Part shown: positions 12,379-24,391 of the stretch, one piece after another
Numbering within the stretch: position 1 is the stretch's first letter
Layout of the letters: the number at the start of each line of letters is the position of its first letter
Assembly: GCF_024521635.1 (NCBI RefSeq)
Contig: NW_026250409.1
Location: 1,240,001 to 1,304,000 of the forward strand
Length of the DNA: 64,000 nt
Direction of reading: 5' to 3'
From: Tricharina praecox
Lineage: Eukaryota
Notes under the pieces: model-generated
Told to the model about the DNA's origin: nothing
What the model saw: only the letters and a program-made list of their open reading frames with translations
The model's database searches: none
Made by a program: the position numbers and the translations under genes

Positions 12379-15300
12379 AAACGTCAGTGTGACGAGGCAG
12401 ATAATCGCTCGCCACTGATACCGGTTGATGGATGGATTGATATCATATCGGCCGGAGTTATCGAGGGGCTACTCTACATAGGTAGGCAAGGTGGCGAGGG
12501 GGATCCGTCGACGATCTATCTACTATACTCTTCCTATGATACTCTAGAGTGCCCCAGTTTCAACGTACCTATGCGGCAAGAATTGCAGGGTTTTGTCGAG
12601 GGTTGGATGGCTTTTGGGTGCGTTCAGAAGTGCGTTCAGAAGTGGAAGATCCTCTGTACATAGTGTCGTCTGGCATGTTGGTAGGCTTCTGGGACAAGAG
12701 AACGCACTTGGTTAAAAACACAGCGGGGTATCCAAGCGAGCACGGGGGGGGGGGAGGTGGGAGGGGGGAGGGTAACATGGCGACTCGCGAGACCACCGGT
12801 AACTACCTAGAGTACTGCAGACTTCCGTCGAGCTGGCGGCGTCGAGCTGGCGGGGTTGTGTTGTGTTGTGTTGGGTTGGATTGGGGACGTGGCCGGCCGG
12901 CGAATCGGCTGGCGGACGAGTAAGAGCCCACCTACATACCTCCTAGTTAGAGGCCGCAACGCTCACTGCGCTGGAGAGACGGATGGACAATTGGACAATT
13001 GGATGGCCGAGGATTTTGCGGGTGGCCGCGGGTAACTAAGTAACTACTACTCTACCTACTGTAGAAGGCATTGCCGTGGGGATATGCGGGGTTGAGGCAC
13101 TCGGGTTGCCAGGCACTGAGGCACTGGGGCTGTGGTGTTGGCTGCCGAATTCCCGTGCGGTTGTGGCGATGCTCGAGTAGAAGCTCGAAGGTACCTATTC
13201 TGGCGCTGGATTTGGCATCGCGGATGGGAGGGGAAGGGAAGGGCATACCTACCATACGCCAAAGAAGCTTGAGCTATCTGAGCGACTCCCCCGACGACTC
13301 GAGGCTGGAGGTTCGGGGAAACAGGAGATGGGGTGCAAGGAGTACTCTACAAGTCACACGTACTGTACTACCTATACATAGACCAGGTAGCCTAGCGATA
13401 GATACTCCAGTCTCCAGGTATCGACGTATCGTTTAGAGTAGATCTACTCTATGGACGCTCGGGGTGTTGATGCTGGAAAAGGCCGCGTCACGCGGTCTCC
13501 GTAGATGTTTTACTTTTCTGCGTACGTACGTGCGTGCGTGAGGAGGTTTGTGTTCATCGTGGCCATTTGAGTTGGGAATTCAAGCTCATGAATTGGTGCT
13601 TGAAAAGTCAAAGTCGAGTCGATCGAGAAGCCAACGGTAGTTATGCTTAAACATGGATTGAGTTGAGCAATTGAGAATACTAGTAGGGCTGCAACTCTAG
13701 GTGGATGAAGCCAAATCGTCCCCGTCAATCTTAAGTGACACTGTGACACCCAGCGTCCCTCTTCCACACGAAGAGCCTATTCCACCAGCGCGCACTCATA
13801 AATAGGGTGCTCAGATACCGTATGTAGGGCCATGGGAATCGGATAGACCGGCGGAGCGCATCGAGCCAGTGTTGGGAGGGACATGCCGAAATGAATGTCT
13901 CTGGATATGTTTCGCCGAAAGAATGTCCGATTGAGGTTAACCAAGACCAGAGCTGGCACTCAACATCCTAAATGCCACACAGCCTTTGAATAGATATAAA
14001 CCGTAACCCGCCCGTATCCTCACGACGGCAGCGGCAGTCATTTACCTACCTCTTCAATAATACGGCACTCAAGGTACGGTGTGGCTCATGTTGCTGGGGG
14101 ACTTGAGCGTGTCCGCGTCCATTCTTGAATTGGTGATTATCTACCGTATCCAGCTGACTCTACATATTCGCACAGTTACAATCCGGCAAGGAGGCGCCAG
14201 GGACGACTTAATACTACCGCCCTCTGCCGCAGCCCAAAAAGGCCGCGGATTCCTCCGTAGGGTCGTCTATGCTACTAACCACCGTTGAGGCCGTTCTCGC
14301 CGACTGGGTGGAGGGGGGATATCCGATACACTGTCTCCGGCGAAGACCACGAAGAGCTGGGCGGCCAATCTAAGCATAACTCAATTCCGTATCCGAACTG
14401 CGTGCTGCTTTGCTTACCTACTGTGTTCCAGCTCCTGGAAAAAATTGCTGCCAGTATCATGGGCCATGGCAGGCTGCAGCCTGGTAGGATCCGGAATCTG
14501 TCCACGGTCCACGGTTCACCCAACATCGACCTGCCTAACATTAGTATTCATGAACCGATCTGAAGAGTTGGTGGGATTTGCAACAGGCAAGATAAGGTGT
14601 CGGAGGATAGGTAAGGGACGGATGAGAGACGGATCAGGAAGAGGGCAGTGGGGGGAGAACGGTGATGGACGGATAAACTAGAAATCTTGGGGTGGGATGG
14701 AATCGAAATACCGGTAATCCGCAATTTCGGGTTGCCTTCTCGAAACTGAAGGCCATGGCCACGAGATTCTTCATGGTACCGTTCCTGGAATCTACAGCCT
14801 CTCCATACCGTACCTATTCAAGCTCGCAGGTTCTCCAAGTTATTCGTATATCAAAAACTCAGGCACCGAGATCTCAAGTCCACGTCCCTCTGCTCTGGCC
14901 CAGTTCCTGGCCCAGTTCCTGTCAGGTTCCCGGTTCATTATCGTTCAAGACTCAAGAGTGCTCGGCAGTACCAGTAGAGTAACGAGTTGGCGCCGGGAAA
15001 CATCGGCGAGACGAGGCGAGTTACAACTCACATACAAGCGTTTATCCTGCTGCCGATAAAGTACCGATTGATTAAAGCCGGTGGGCGGTAAGTAGTGGGG
15101 GGTACGGTGGCGGGGGTCACTGGCTGGCGATCTCCTAGGAGTCGCGGGGCGGGTATGTATTCAAGCTTCCAAGCTTCCAAGCTTCCAAGCGAGCCGGTGG
15201 GAGCTCGGCGGGAGGGGTATTCTAGCGAGCTGGCCCAGGCGAATTTGCGACGAATTTGAAATTTGGAATCTGGCCCGATTTTCTGGCCGGGTGGGGGACT

Positions 15301-16413
15301 GACTGACTGCAGAGCTGGTTAGGCAATTGGACGGCGACGATTTGCGGGTGGCCATGGCCATGGCCGTGGCCGTGGATTTGCGACGTCGGGGTACATACGG
15401 TAGGTATGGGGCTGTGGTAGCCTGGCAGGCTGTGAATCTAGCATAGCTGCAGGAATCCGCAGAGCCCAGAATCCAGAATCCAGCTGTGGCGATGCTCTGG
15501 ATTCTGGAAGCCCGCCCAGCTTAACTGGAACCCATGACCTGGAGGCCGCAGGTGAAGTGGCGAAAAGCCGGACAATGAGGCTAGAAGCCCAGATCTCGGA
15601 CGAAAGAAGCCAAGATTGGAGATGGCTCTGCGGTGTCGACATCGTGGCCGCACGATTACGTCGGACGAAGACATCTACAGATCCTGACTATGTATGTAGG
15701 GCTGCGTCACTGTTTGTGCTTTTGCGCTGTGGAGTGGGGGAGTGGGGTGCAGTGGAGTGGCTTCCGGTTGTGCATAGGGAAGACCTTGATCTGGGTCCCG
15801 TGTGCGATTGCTGGTGGATTCCCCTACGTGTGCTCTACTACATATTCTCGTCGTATGACGGCCATTCGGCCATCACGGCGGAGATAATAGCTCTGTCGAG
15901 GCTTCATTCGTCCTTACGAGGCTAGGTAGCTCTGTAGTTTGAGACTTTGAGATTGAGGAAACCTCGAGACCGAGGATAAACCTGAAGCTATTCGTGAGGG
16001 TTAATGACGCTGAATCATCAAGTCTCTGAAGCCCAATCGCCCCGCCAGATCTCCATTCCTCGTCCCCTTCCTTATCATTTTCCGGCCGTCGTCACCGACT
16101 CCGCGAGCTGGCGCCTCAGCCTCGCCTCGCCTTTCAGCCTCAGCACCCCGCGAGGCCCACCCTTGTTTGCCCATATTCCTTGGCGGCAACGCCTCGCGCC
16201 CGTTGCCAGCGGCCAACACCAGCGGCAACGTGCCATCCCGCCGCGTAAACAATCCTTACACCGTTCACGCAACGCAACCGACACACCACCAGCACCACCA
16301 CGACCACCACGCACTCACGCACTCACGCACCCACTCACATACGAACAAAGGGCCCTCCGCCCTCCCCTCACCTCCTTCTTCCCTCACCCACACCCTCACC
16401 CTCCCTCACAACG

Positions 16414-16949
16414 ATGTCCACCCGAACCGGCCGCAAAACGATCGTGACGCCAGCGAAATACCGGGGGGGCGCGGCAGCGACGCCGACGTCGACGGGCGTG
16501 CGGGCGGGCGACCCTGCACCCGTCGCGCGGAAGTACCGGCGCAAGCCGGGCACCGTCGCGCTGCGCGAGATCAGGCATTTTCAGAAATCCACCGATCTGT
16601 TGCTCAGGAAACTGCCGTTTGCTAGGCTTGTGAGTGAACCCGTGTGTATAGGGAGAGGGGGATGGGGATGGGGAGGGGAGGGATGAGGCTAATGTGAAGG
16701 GTGCAGGTCAAGGAGGTCGCGATGGAGTATACCAACGGTGCCCATCTGTTTGGAGTTCCGGGCGGCGGCGCGGCACACAGGTGGCAGAGCACGGCGCTGC
16801 TGGCGCTGCAGGAGGCGGCGGAGGCGTATCTGGTCGCCTTGTTTACAGACGCGAATCTGCTAGCGATACATGCGAAGCGGGTTACGGTTATGCAGAAGGA
16901 TATCCAACTGGCGAGGAGGATCCGGGGTGCTTGGGGCGGGCTGGGGTAG
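16414..16949 (+). CDS. CSE4: Centromeric histone H3 variant CenH3/CENP-A; exons 16414-16629, 16707-16949
   Basis: Histone fold [30 protein letters not shown]...[19 protein letters not shown]...[28 protein letters not shown]. It has W in RWQS, a long loop 1 and a non-canonical N-tail. Intron 16630-16706 reads GTGAGT..GCTAAT..CAG. Confidence 0.93.
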
Positions 16950-17530
16950 ATGCCGAGGAGGATGAGGGGTGCGCGAGGCGGGGCGGGGCGGGGCGAGTTG
17001 AGTTAGATGGCGAGGGAGGGAATGAGGGTTGGAATGTTTTTAGCTTTAGGTCTTCGGCGTTTTGTACCGGTTGTGGTGGTGATATCTTGTGTACGGGGCC
17101 TCGGAAGGTCACAGACGCTTTTTTTTTCGTGCTGATTCGTGTCGTTTTTTTTCTTTTCCTTCTGCTTTGGCTTTCGGGTGTTTAGTAGGATGTGTAGTTG
17201 CTTTTGTACCGTCTTCACGTCGCGTGGAGCAGCAAGTATGGGGTCAGGTGAAGCTCTTCTCCATTTCTCCATCCCATCAACAGTAATTCACACACCATCC
17301 GCCTATTCATCAAACCAAGATCGAAACATTTCAACTAGAAAATAACTGTAACAACAGAGTAGATACCAATACGTCGAACAAGAAAAATACGCAGCCGTCA
17401 GCAAAGAAACAACGCGACAAACCAAGCAGGCAAGACAAATCAACCCTCAACACCATCCCAAACAAATCAACGCAAAGCCCAAGCACCTATGGTATTATAC
17501 AATACCCCCACATTACCCCTCCACCCACTA

Positions 17531-19931
17531 TTACTGCTGCTGCATCACCTGCATGGCATACATCGTAGCATCATCGATCTCCTCACTCAGCTGATCCACC
17601 TCCTGATACGGCGGCGGCGGGGGCAGATTCCTGGTAAGATTCTTGATGACCTGCAGACTAGCCTCCTCATTCATCTGCTGTTGGCGTATCGCCTCGAGGT
17701 CATTCCCCTTTCTTGCCAGACAGTCGGCATACATCTGGCCGCCCATGAGGGTCCACAGCGTGTCGCGTCCCTTCTTCGCATTCTGCCAGGCGGCTTTGGC
17801 CGATTTCTCCGCCTGCTCCGAGACGACACCGGAGAAGAACCGGTGGCACATGAAGTTGAGCACGATGAAGGTAAGCTGCACGTTTCCTGCTGCCGCGGCG
17901 TGGCGCAGAGCGAGTGAGAGGTAGTTCTTTGTCTTGACCAATTCCCCGCGGGCAGTGGCTTTGACGGCGATGTAGGCGGCTTTCAAGAGCTCGTTTTTGT
18001 GCTGGGGGCAGTAGCGCTCGATGCTTGTCAGGAGTGCGTCGGCTTCTGACGGGTTCTGAGGGCGCAGGATTAGGATTTGGTTTAGTTTGCTGATTATCGA
18101 GAGTTCCGAGTCCACTGGCGTGTTGGAGACCACCTCCGTGTACGCTTGTACAGCTTGGTAGAGATCGTTCGTGCCGTGATTGATTATCGCACGGAGGTAG
18201 GTTATGTGCAGGGCCAGTGGGGAGTTCGGTAGAAGAGCAAGTGGCACGGCGACTTCTTCCAGTTGTTTGAAGATCTTGGTGAGGTTAGCGAGTGATGATG
18301 CCATGACAGGTAAAAGGGAACTAACCTTCAATGCCGAGTCCCAGTCGGTTCTCATGCAGAGTAGGAACGCATAGTAAAGGTACATGTACGACTTGAGTGA
18401 TCTTTTCCAAGCAAGCTTGCTCTTGGAAGCCTCCACGGACATTTGGGTGAATCCGGCAGTTATCCCTATTTGCACCATTAGCATCCGTCAAGTCACGACA
18501 CACATTGCTCAAGAGACTCACTATCAACTGTCTTCAAACCCTCAGTCAAGAACCTCTCTGCCTTTCCATTCTCCTCGACATTTTTCTGGAATTTGACGTG
18601 GCCGCTGAGAAAGTATCCCACAGTAAACACATCATCTTTATTTAGCCACCTCAACTTCAGTCCCTCGGGTGGTCTGCCAGGTCGGCCAGGATGCACGTCG
18701 ACCGAGAACTCTCCATCCTCCTTCCAGTTCAGCCAGCGCCCCGGTTGGTCCAACGATGTATGAAGCTTTCTAAGCTTCGGATCGCACTCCTGGGCCCGGC
18801 TAAGCATGAGGGAGCAGCAGATATCCAACAACTGCGTCAAAACTTCCAGCTGGGGTGGTATATCGAGGCCGCCGTTCTGCTGCGTAAACACGCGTGCCAG
18901 CGCTCGCTGCGCATTCTCGACACCGTCTGCACCGCCCCGCAGGGAGATCATCGCTTCCATCAAGCTCGCCAGCGCGATCACCTGTACGTCCATTCGGTCT
19001 TTCGACATGCTATAGATGCTGCGCAGCGCATTGGTGGCGGCCTGGTCATCGTGCGTGGGACCCGCCTCGGCCAGGAGATGGAATCGAAGAAAGCGGAAGG
19101 AATATGTCCACAGCGGGATGTCTAATCTGCAACGCGAGTGAGCGCGGGTTCACAATGCATCCGACCCGCGGAAACTTACGTCTCGACGTCCTGGATGAAC
19201 GAGTTCAGCATCAGGAGTGCGGCCTTGTGATTTGTCTTGAACGTGATCTTGACAAGCAGGTACTGCATGCTGCACTTGAGCTCCATGAGGTTGTTCTATC
19301 GCAACGCGCATTAGACGACTGTAGCCAGACAGACAGAGGAGCGGATAGTTCGGTGTGCGGGGTACCCTTGTGGCGAGTTGCAACTACACCGAAGTCAGCA
19401 TGCGCAGGCAGGACCGCGACGTATGGCGAGTATGTACATACACCCTTATTCAGCGCCTCCTCCGCCTCGTCGAGGTTCTCGGTCTCCTCGTACAGTATAC
19501 TTGCGTACCGCAGCCTGACAATAGACTCGACGCGTGGCTGCAGCCGATACTATTCCCGCAACATCAGCATCCCGCCTACCCTCCCTCCACCACCACGAAT
19601 GACCAACCTGCAACGCCGTCTCCAAACATGCCAGTCCCGTCGCCACGAGCTTATAGTACGCCTCGGCATCGCTCGCCGTTCCAAGCGAAGTCTTGTACCC
19701 GCTCGCATGGGCAGCGGTGATGTACGTATCGGTGAGCGCTAGCAGAACCGTGGGCAAGTCCGGGCCCATCTGCTGTGCTGGGGGCTGGCCGTGGCCGTGG
19801 CCGTAGTGGTGCGCATGGTGGATATTCCGTGTCGGTGTGTACTGCGCATGTTGCTGGGGATGTTGCGGCGGTGGGCCCCATCCGTAGTATCCGCCGCCGC
19901 CGCCGCCGCCGCCGGGGTTCTGTGAGGCCAT
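17531..19931 (-). CDS. SCC4: Cohesin loading factor MAU2/Scc4 (TPR-like); exons 19931-19608, 19549-19442, 19383-19366, 19295-19180, 19126-18522, 18465-18326, 18274-17531
   Basis: The spliced product has YYKLVATGLACLETAL, RLRYASILYEETENLDEAEEALNKG, ELKCSMQYLL and WTYSFRFLR, as recalled for the fungal cohesin-loader family. All six introns are GT..AG and keep the frame. Confidence 0.85.
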
Positions 19932-21112
19932 CGTGACGCCGGAGTCAAGGTCGGGGTCGGGGTCGAAGGTGCGTTCTGAGTGATGCGACGTGGAGTCGCG
20001 GTGGTGGTGGTCGTGGTGGTCGTGGTGGTCGTGGGCCGTGGTCGTGGTGGTGGTGCTCATTGAGGTTACGCTGCCGAATGGGGCACGCGTGTGCCAAGCC
20101 CTTCACGTCGTACACGTGAAGAGCGACGAGGCATTAAAGGTGATTCGGCATGATCGACCAGTGGAAGGGTTGAAACGTAATCGCGGCCGGCCTTGGGAGG
20201 TGAGACATTAACCTTAATCAAGGCGGGCCGTAACTATGGAGGCTGAACAATAAACACTCGGACTGTCTTGTCGGGTGGGAGAGGTCGCGTGGGGATATTG
20301 AACACCATCCTTTTTCGGCAAAGACTGCCAGGTTGTAGTTACTGGTACTACTCTATATCGAATCCCTCACCCGACTTTGTTACTTTACTTCAATCATCCA
20401 TCTCGAGACGAGAAGTCGGTGCGGTCAGGAAATGAAAGGATTTCGAGAAGAGGTCGATGATGTGGTTGATGACTTTCGGCTTTGAGGCGGGAGCTTTCGG
20501 TCTTCTATCCGAGGGCAGTAGCTATCATGGCTGTGGGAACATCTCTGTCCATCAATCCAGCTCTGATGTCGGCTTACTCGCGGGACTGCGGTCATAGGTT
20601 CGGAAGCTCATTCGCGGGATTCCCAGTTCCTGTTGTGATCACCTCAATGGACGGAGTACTCTACCCATTGGTTCCTTAGCAAAGCCTGGTCTTTCCCGTC
20701 CCGAAACAGCTACCTATCACCGCACCCCATGCCTGGAATTGCGGGAAGATTCCGGAGAGGACAGCCGGACGGAACCACGATGCCATCCACCGGTTACATA
20801 GCTACCAAGTAACTAACTGACAGCTATCCTCATGATCAATCCAAACGACCCTCGGATCCCGTATAGATGGGAGACATTATAGAAGCTAGTCCCGGTTTGA
20901 CGGAGGAGGGAGCGGCCCAACCCCCTAGTATATCTAACTCAAGTTCAAGCTCTACCTCTACCTCTGGCCGTGGAAAGTTCACTCGTACTGCAATCTTCCA
21001 CCTGTCATCCCTCGACCTTCACACCGCCCAATCCACCTTACCGCTCTCCAGGTACGTCTCTGCGCGTAACATCCGTCCAGAGTGCTAACTCCTGCCACAG
21101 AATCCCACCGCC

Positions 21113-21520
21113 ATGTCCACCGGCTTCCCCGCCACCCCCGACGCCTCCGTCGCCACGCCCACATACGAAGTGTACACCCGCGTCAGCGACGACGGCGTGC
21201 GGAAGCTTGGCAGTTTCACGCATCTTCCGGAGGCGAACCACCTAGCGCGCAACGCGCTCGACGAGTGGCCGCGCGACGCGTTCGCGAAGTGGGAGGAGAG
21301 TGTCGACGCGGACGGAAAAGTGCGCATCGACGCTGAGTTCCAGATGAACGATCGCGCCGAGGTCTGGGTCCAGTTTTCCGACGAGGGGAGGCGCGGCGAG
21401 GTTTGGGTCGTGCTGAGGGAGGAGGGTGGGATCCTGAGGAGTGTACATCAGACGGAGGCGGGTGCAGGCAGGGCTAGGGAGGCGGGCGAGGAGGTTAGGA
21501 GGTGGGATTTGATGGCGTGA
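21113..21520 (+). CDS. Small hypothetical protein (135 aa)
   Basis: Good start context (ccgccATG), C-rich leader, coding-like GC3 bias and globular-looking sequence. Confidence 0.65.
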   Translation: MSTGFPATPDASVATPTYEVYTRVSDDGVRKLGSFTHLPEANHLARNALDEWPRDAFAKWEESVDADGKVRIDAEFQMNDRAEVWVQFSDEGRRGEVWVVLREEGGILRSVHQTEAGAGRAREAGEEVRRWDLMA

Positions 21521-24391
21521 GTATGTAGGGTAGTTACCGGTGCGCAGGTAGAGCGTGGTGTGCGCTTGGTCAATGATTTTCTGAGCCTGTCAATCCGTGG
21601 GGTCCTGTGCCGATACAATGGTGCTGTGCTTGCCATCCAGAGGCATCGTCGGACGGACAATCGTAACAGCTGCCGAACGAACGCGGGGTGTCATGTCATA
21701 CATAGGAAGCTGAGGAGTGATCTACAGTGGTGCAGGAACAGGAAAGTGCAGCAAACAAACCGCCAGCCATCCCAGGCCGACTCCGACAACCAGCCGGCAT
21801 CCCATCACGGAATCAAAGTGCTGACAGGAAGACAAGCATGCAGGGGTCAAAGTAAACTATCGTTACATACCTACGTGGGGTCGACCGCAGTGTGGTTTGG
21901 GTGAGGAATTCTCGTTCCTTTCGAGCTCCTGGAACGCCAGACAGAGGGAAGCTAGGTATATGTAGTAGCTATCGTGTCTTCTTGACTTCCTGAAGCTGTC
22001 CCCGATAGCCATGTAGATTTACGTGCAAACGGCGGTTCGATTGACAATAATGGCAGCGGACATGTGCATCCGATCCGTCAGGAATTTCCGTGTACTCCAT
22101 GTAGGGTTCCGCAAGCGTGCGCATAACTATACAGGACACAGCCCATATCTCCAGTACCTTACGTACATACAGAAGAGTAAAGGACCTGGCCGGAAGTCCA
22201 AAAGTTTGTGGGATCGGTGTATCATATCTACAGACTTTTCTCTGTGCACGAACTACCACGACCACTATCGTAGTGCTGCAGGGGATGCTCGGGAGCAACA
22301 ACCATAAGCATAAGTTATCGACCAGCGCCAGCGCGTACGTGTCAGCAACCAGCCAAAGGAAATGTCGCATCTGAGACATCTGCACCTGTAGCCGTTCGAT
22401 CTCTTTGCTGTGTGCGTGGTTTTGAGGGTGGTGTCTGCTTACATACCGATCACTTCTTGGGTTCCACGAGACGACCGTTTGGAAGGGGGTTGTGGTTTCA
22501 GGGGCCGCCAGACGCTGGGGGATGATATACCCGCGCTGCATGGGGTATGTTTGGCGGCGGTGATGGCATTCTCGTCTGGCTGGAAGAGAGAACGCTCGCA
22601 GGTTTGTGTTTCCGAGGGGGAGGTGGTTTTTTTTCCTTCCGTTTTTCTGCTTTGCTTGCACAGCGGAGTTGCGATCCTTCCTGCATGTATGTATGATAGG
22701 TACTGTTGATAACCAGGCCGGGAGAGAGACGGGCAGAGAATCCGGCAACAATGAGAGACACGAACCTGATGGATGTGCCGTTCGAAAGATAAAGGTAAAG
22801 GTGTTCCCAAGATGGCCATGGAGATGGCACACAGGTGCAGGTCTTTTCCATGGGCTCTCCTCGACCAGAATCCACGGACATGATGGAAGGTGATGTAGGT
22901 ATGTGATGGATGTGATGGATGTGATGTATCTACCCTATGTGATGGATGGGATGGCCTGATGTCATAGAGTTCATCTGGAGGTAGGTACATAACTATCGAT
23001 ATGCGTCTCCTCTTCCACCTGCTTCTGCTTCTCCTTCTTCTCCTCCTCGGCCATCATCTGGATCGCTATATGCGCGCGAACAAGCTTCCGCTTCAATCGG
23101 ACGGCAGTATATATCGGCCCCGGGGGGTGCACTGGGCGGTGGGTTCGCCGTCGCAGGTTGAGTGCTCGAATGGTAGGGAGAGATAGGGTACTTGGGTACT
23201 TAGGGTACTTTGTTAGAGTAGGTATCTAGGTAGCGGGCCGGAGGAATAGGTGGATTTCATTTGCGGGAGGCATTCCAGCCAATCAGACGGCCGGTGAGAG
23301 CGGCAAGGGCATCTCCTCGAGAGCAGACATGTGGAGTGGAGCAGCAGCAGCAGCTGGCACGCCACGCAGATTCTAGGTATCTCCCAGCCCGAGAATTGCA
23401 TGGCCGGGCCCCTTGTTGCGTCCCTCTTCGGCTCCGCCCTTGGTCATTTCCCGCGATCAACGACGCTGCTTTGGACGTGTCTGGTTCCATCCCACACATG
23501 CGCTCTGCTGTGGCCAGGAGGCCAGGACTGAAGACAAAGGTTCTCGTCCCAGGGGAGTTCCCATTTGGAAGGTCTTGGCGCACGGTCGTCCTGTGTACCG
23601 TATTCTGTATGTGTAGAGAGTACCGATGCTGTTCGATGTCGCTCTGTTGCCGCTAGGGGGCATGGGTCGGGGGAGGGTTGTATGCTCCACGCAGTTGAGC
23701 GGAGGAAACTTGGTCGGTGTTAGTTAGTGCTGTTGGTGCAGGTCGAGAAGTGCGAGGGAAGAATGTACGCAGTAACACTAGTAGTGGTAAACCACCAAAA
23801 GAACCTCTTCTTCCTTCTCCTTCTCCTTTCTCCCAACAACACCATTCCACCAACCACAATAACACCAACAATACCACTGCCGCAATCCCATTCAATATCA
23901 CAATTCGTCTTTGCTACTCACGCTCGTTGGTTCTTTGAGCTCCGACTGCTTGTCTGTCAGTTAGTCCAAGCCTACGTTCGTCATAGCGCGCGTTCTGACA
24001 AAAGGGTCAAAAAGCTCCCTGTCCCGTCGAGAAACCCACCCCCCGTCTTCGTCGCTCGCTCCTGTTCGTCAATAAGAATAACAACTACTGCTACTATTGC
24101 AACAATAAACAACAACAACACAACCACTACCTCCTTCTTCTTCACTACCAACTACTACGCCCAGCACCGAACTCCTGTTCTCCGCTACAATCAAACCCAA
24201 CAACCCACTTCACTCACAATCAACTACAATCGACCGCCCCTCGGAACCAGTAACAGTCCTCTTACCCGGAGCCAACTGCTACACACCTCCCCCAATCCGG
24301 CCGAAACTGCTTGGTGGTTGATGGACACTTGCTCGTAGAAGCACACACATAGAACCGCACTTCGACAGCTTAGCTTCTCCTTTCCGCCGTC

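Noticed and set aside
15466..15510. 12-bp inverted repeat TCCAGAATCCAG / CTGGATTCTGGA
   Set aside because: Short, built from a local repeat word, no target duplication; insufficient support for an element.
16414..16949. Canonical histone H3
   Set aside because: Lacks the ARTKQTARKS tail and has RWQS and an extended loop 1, so it is CenH3.
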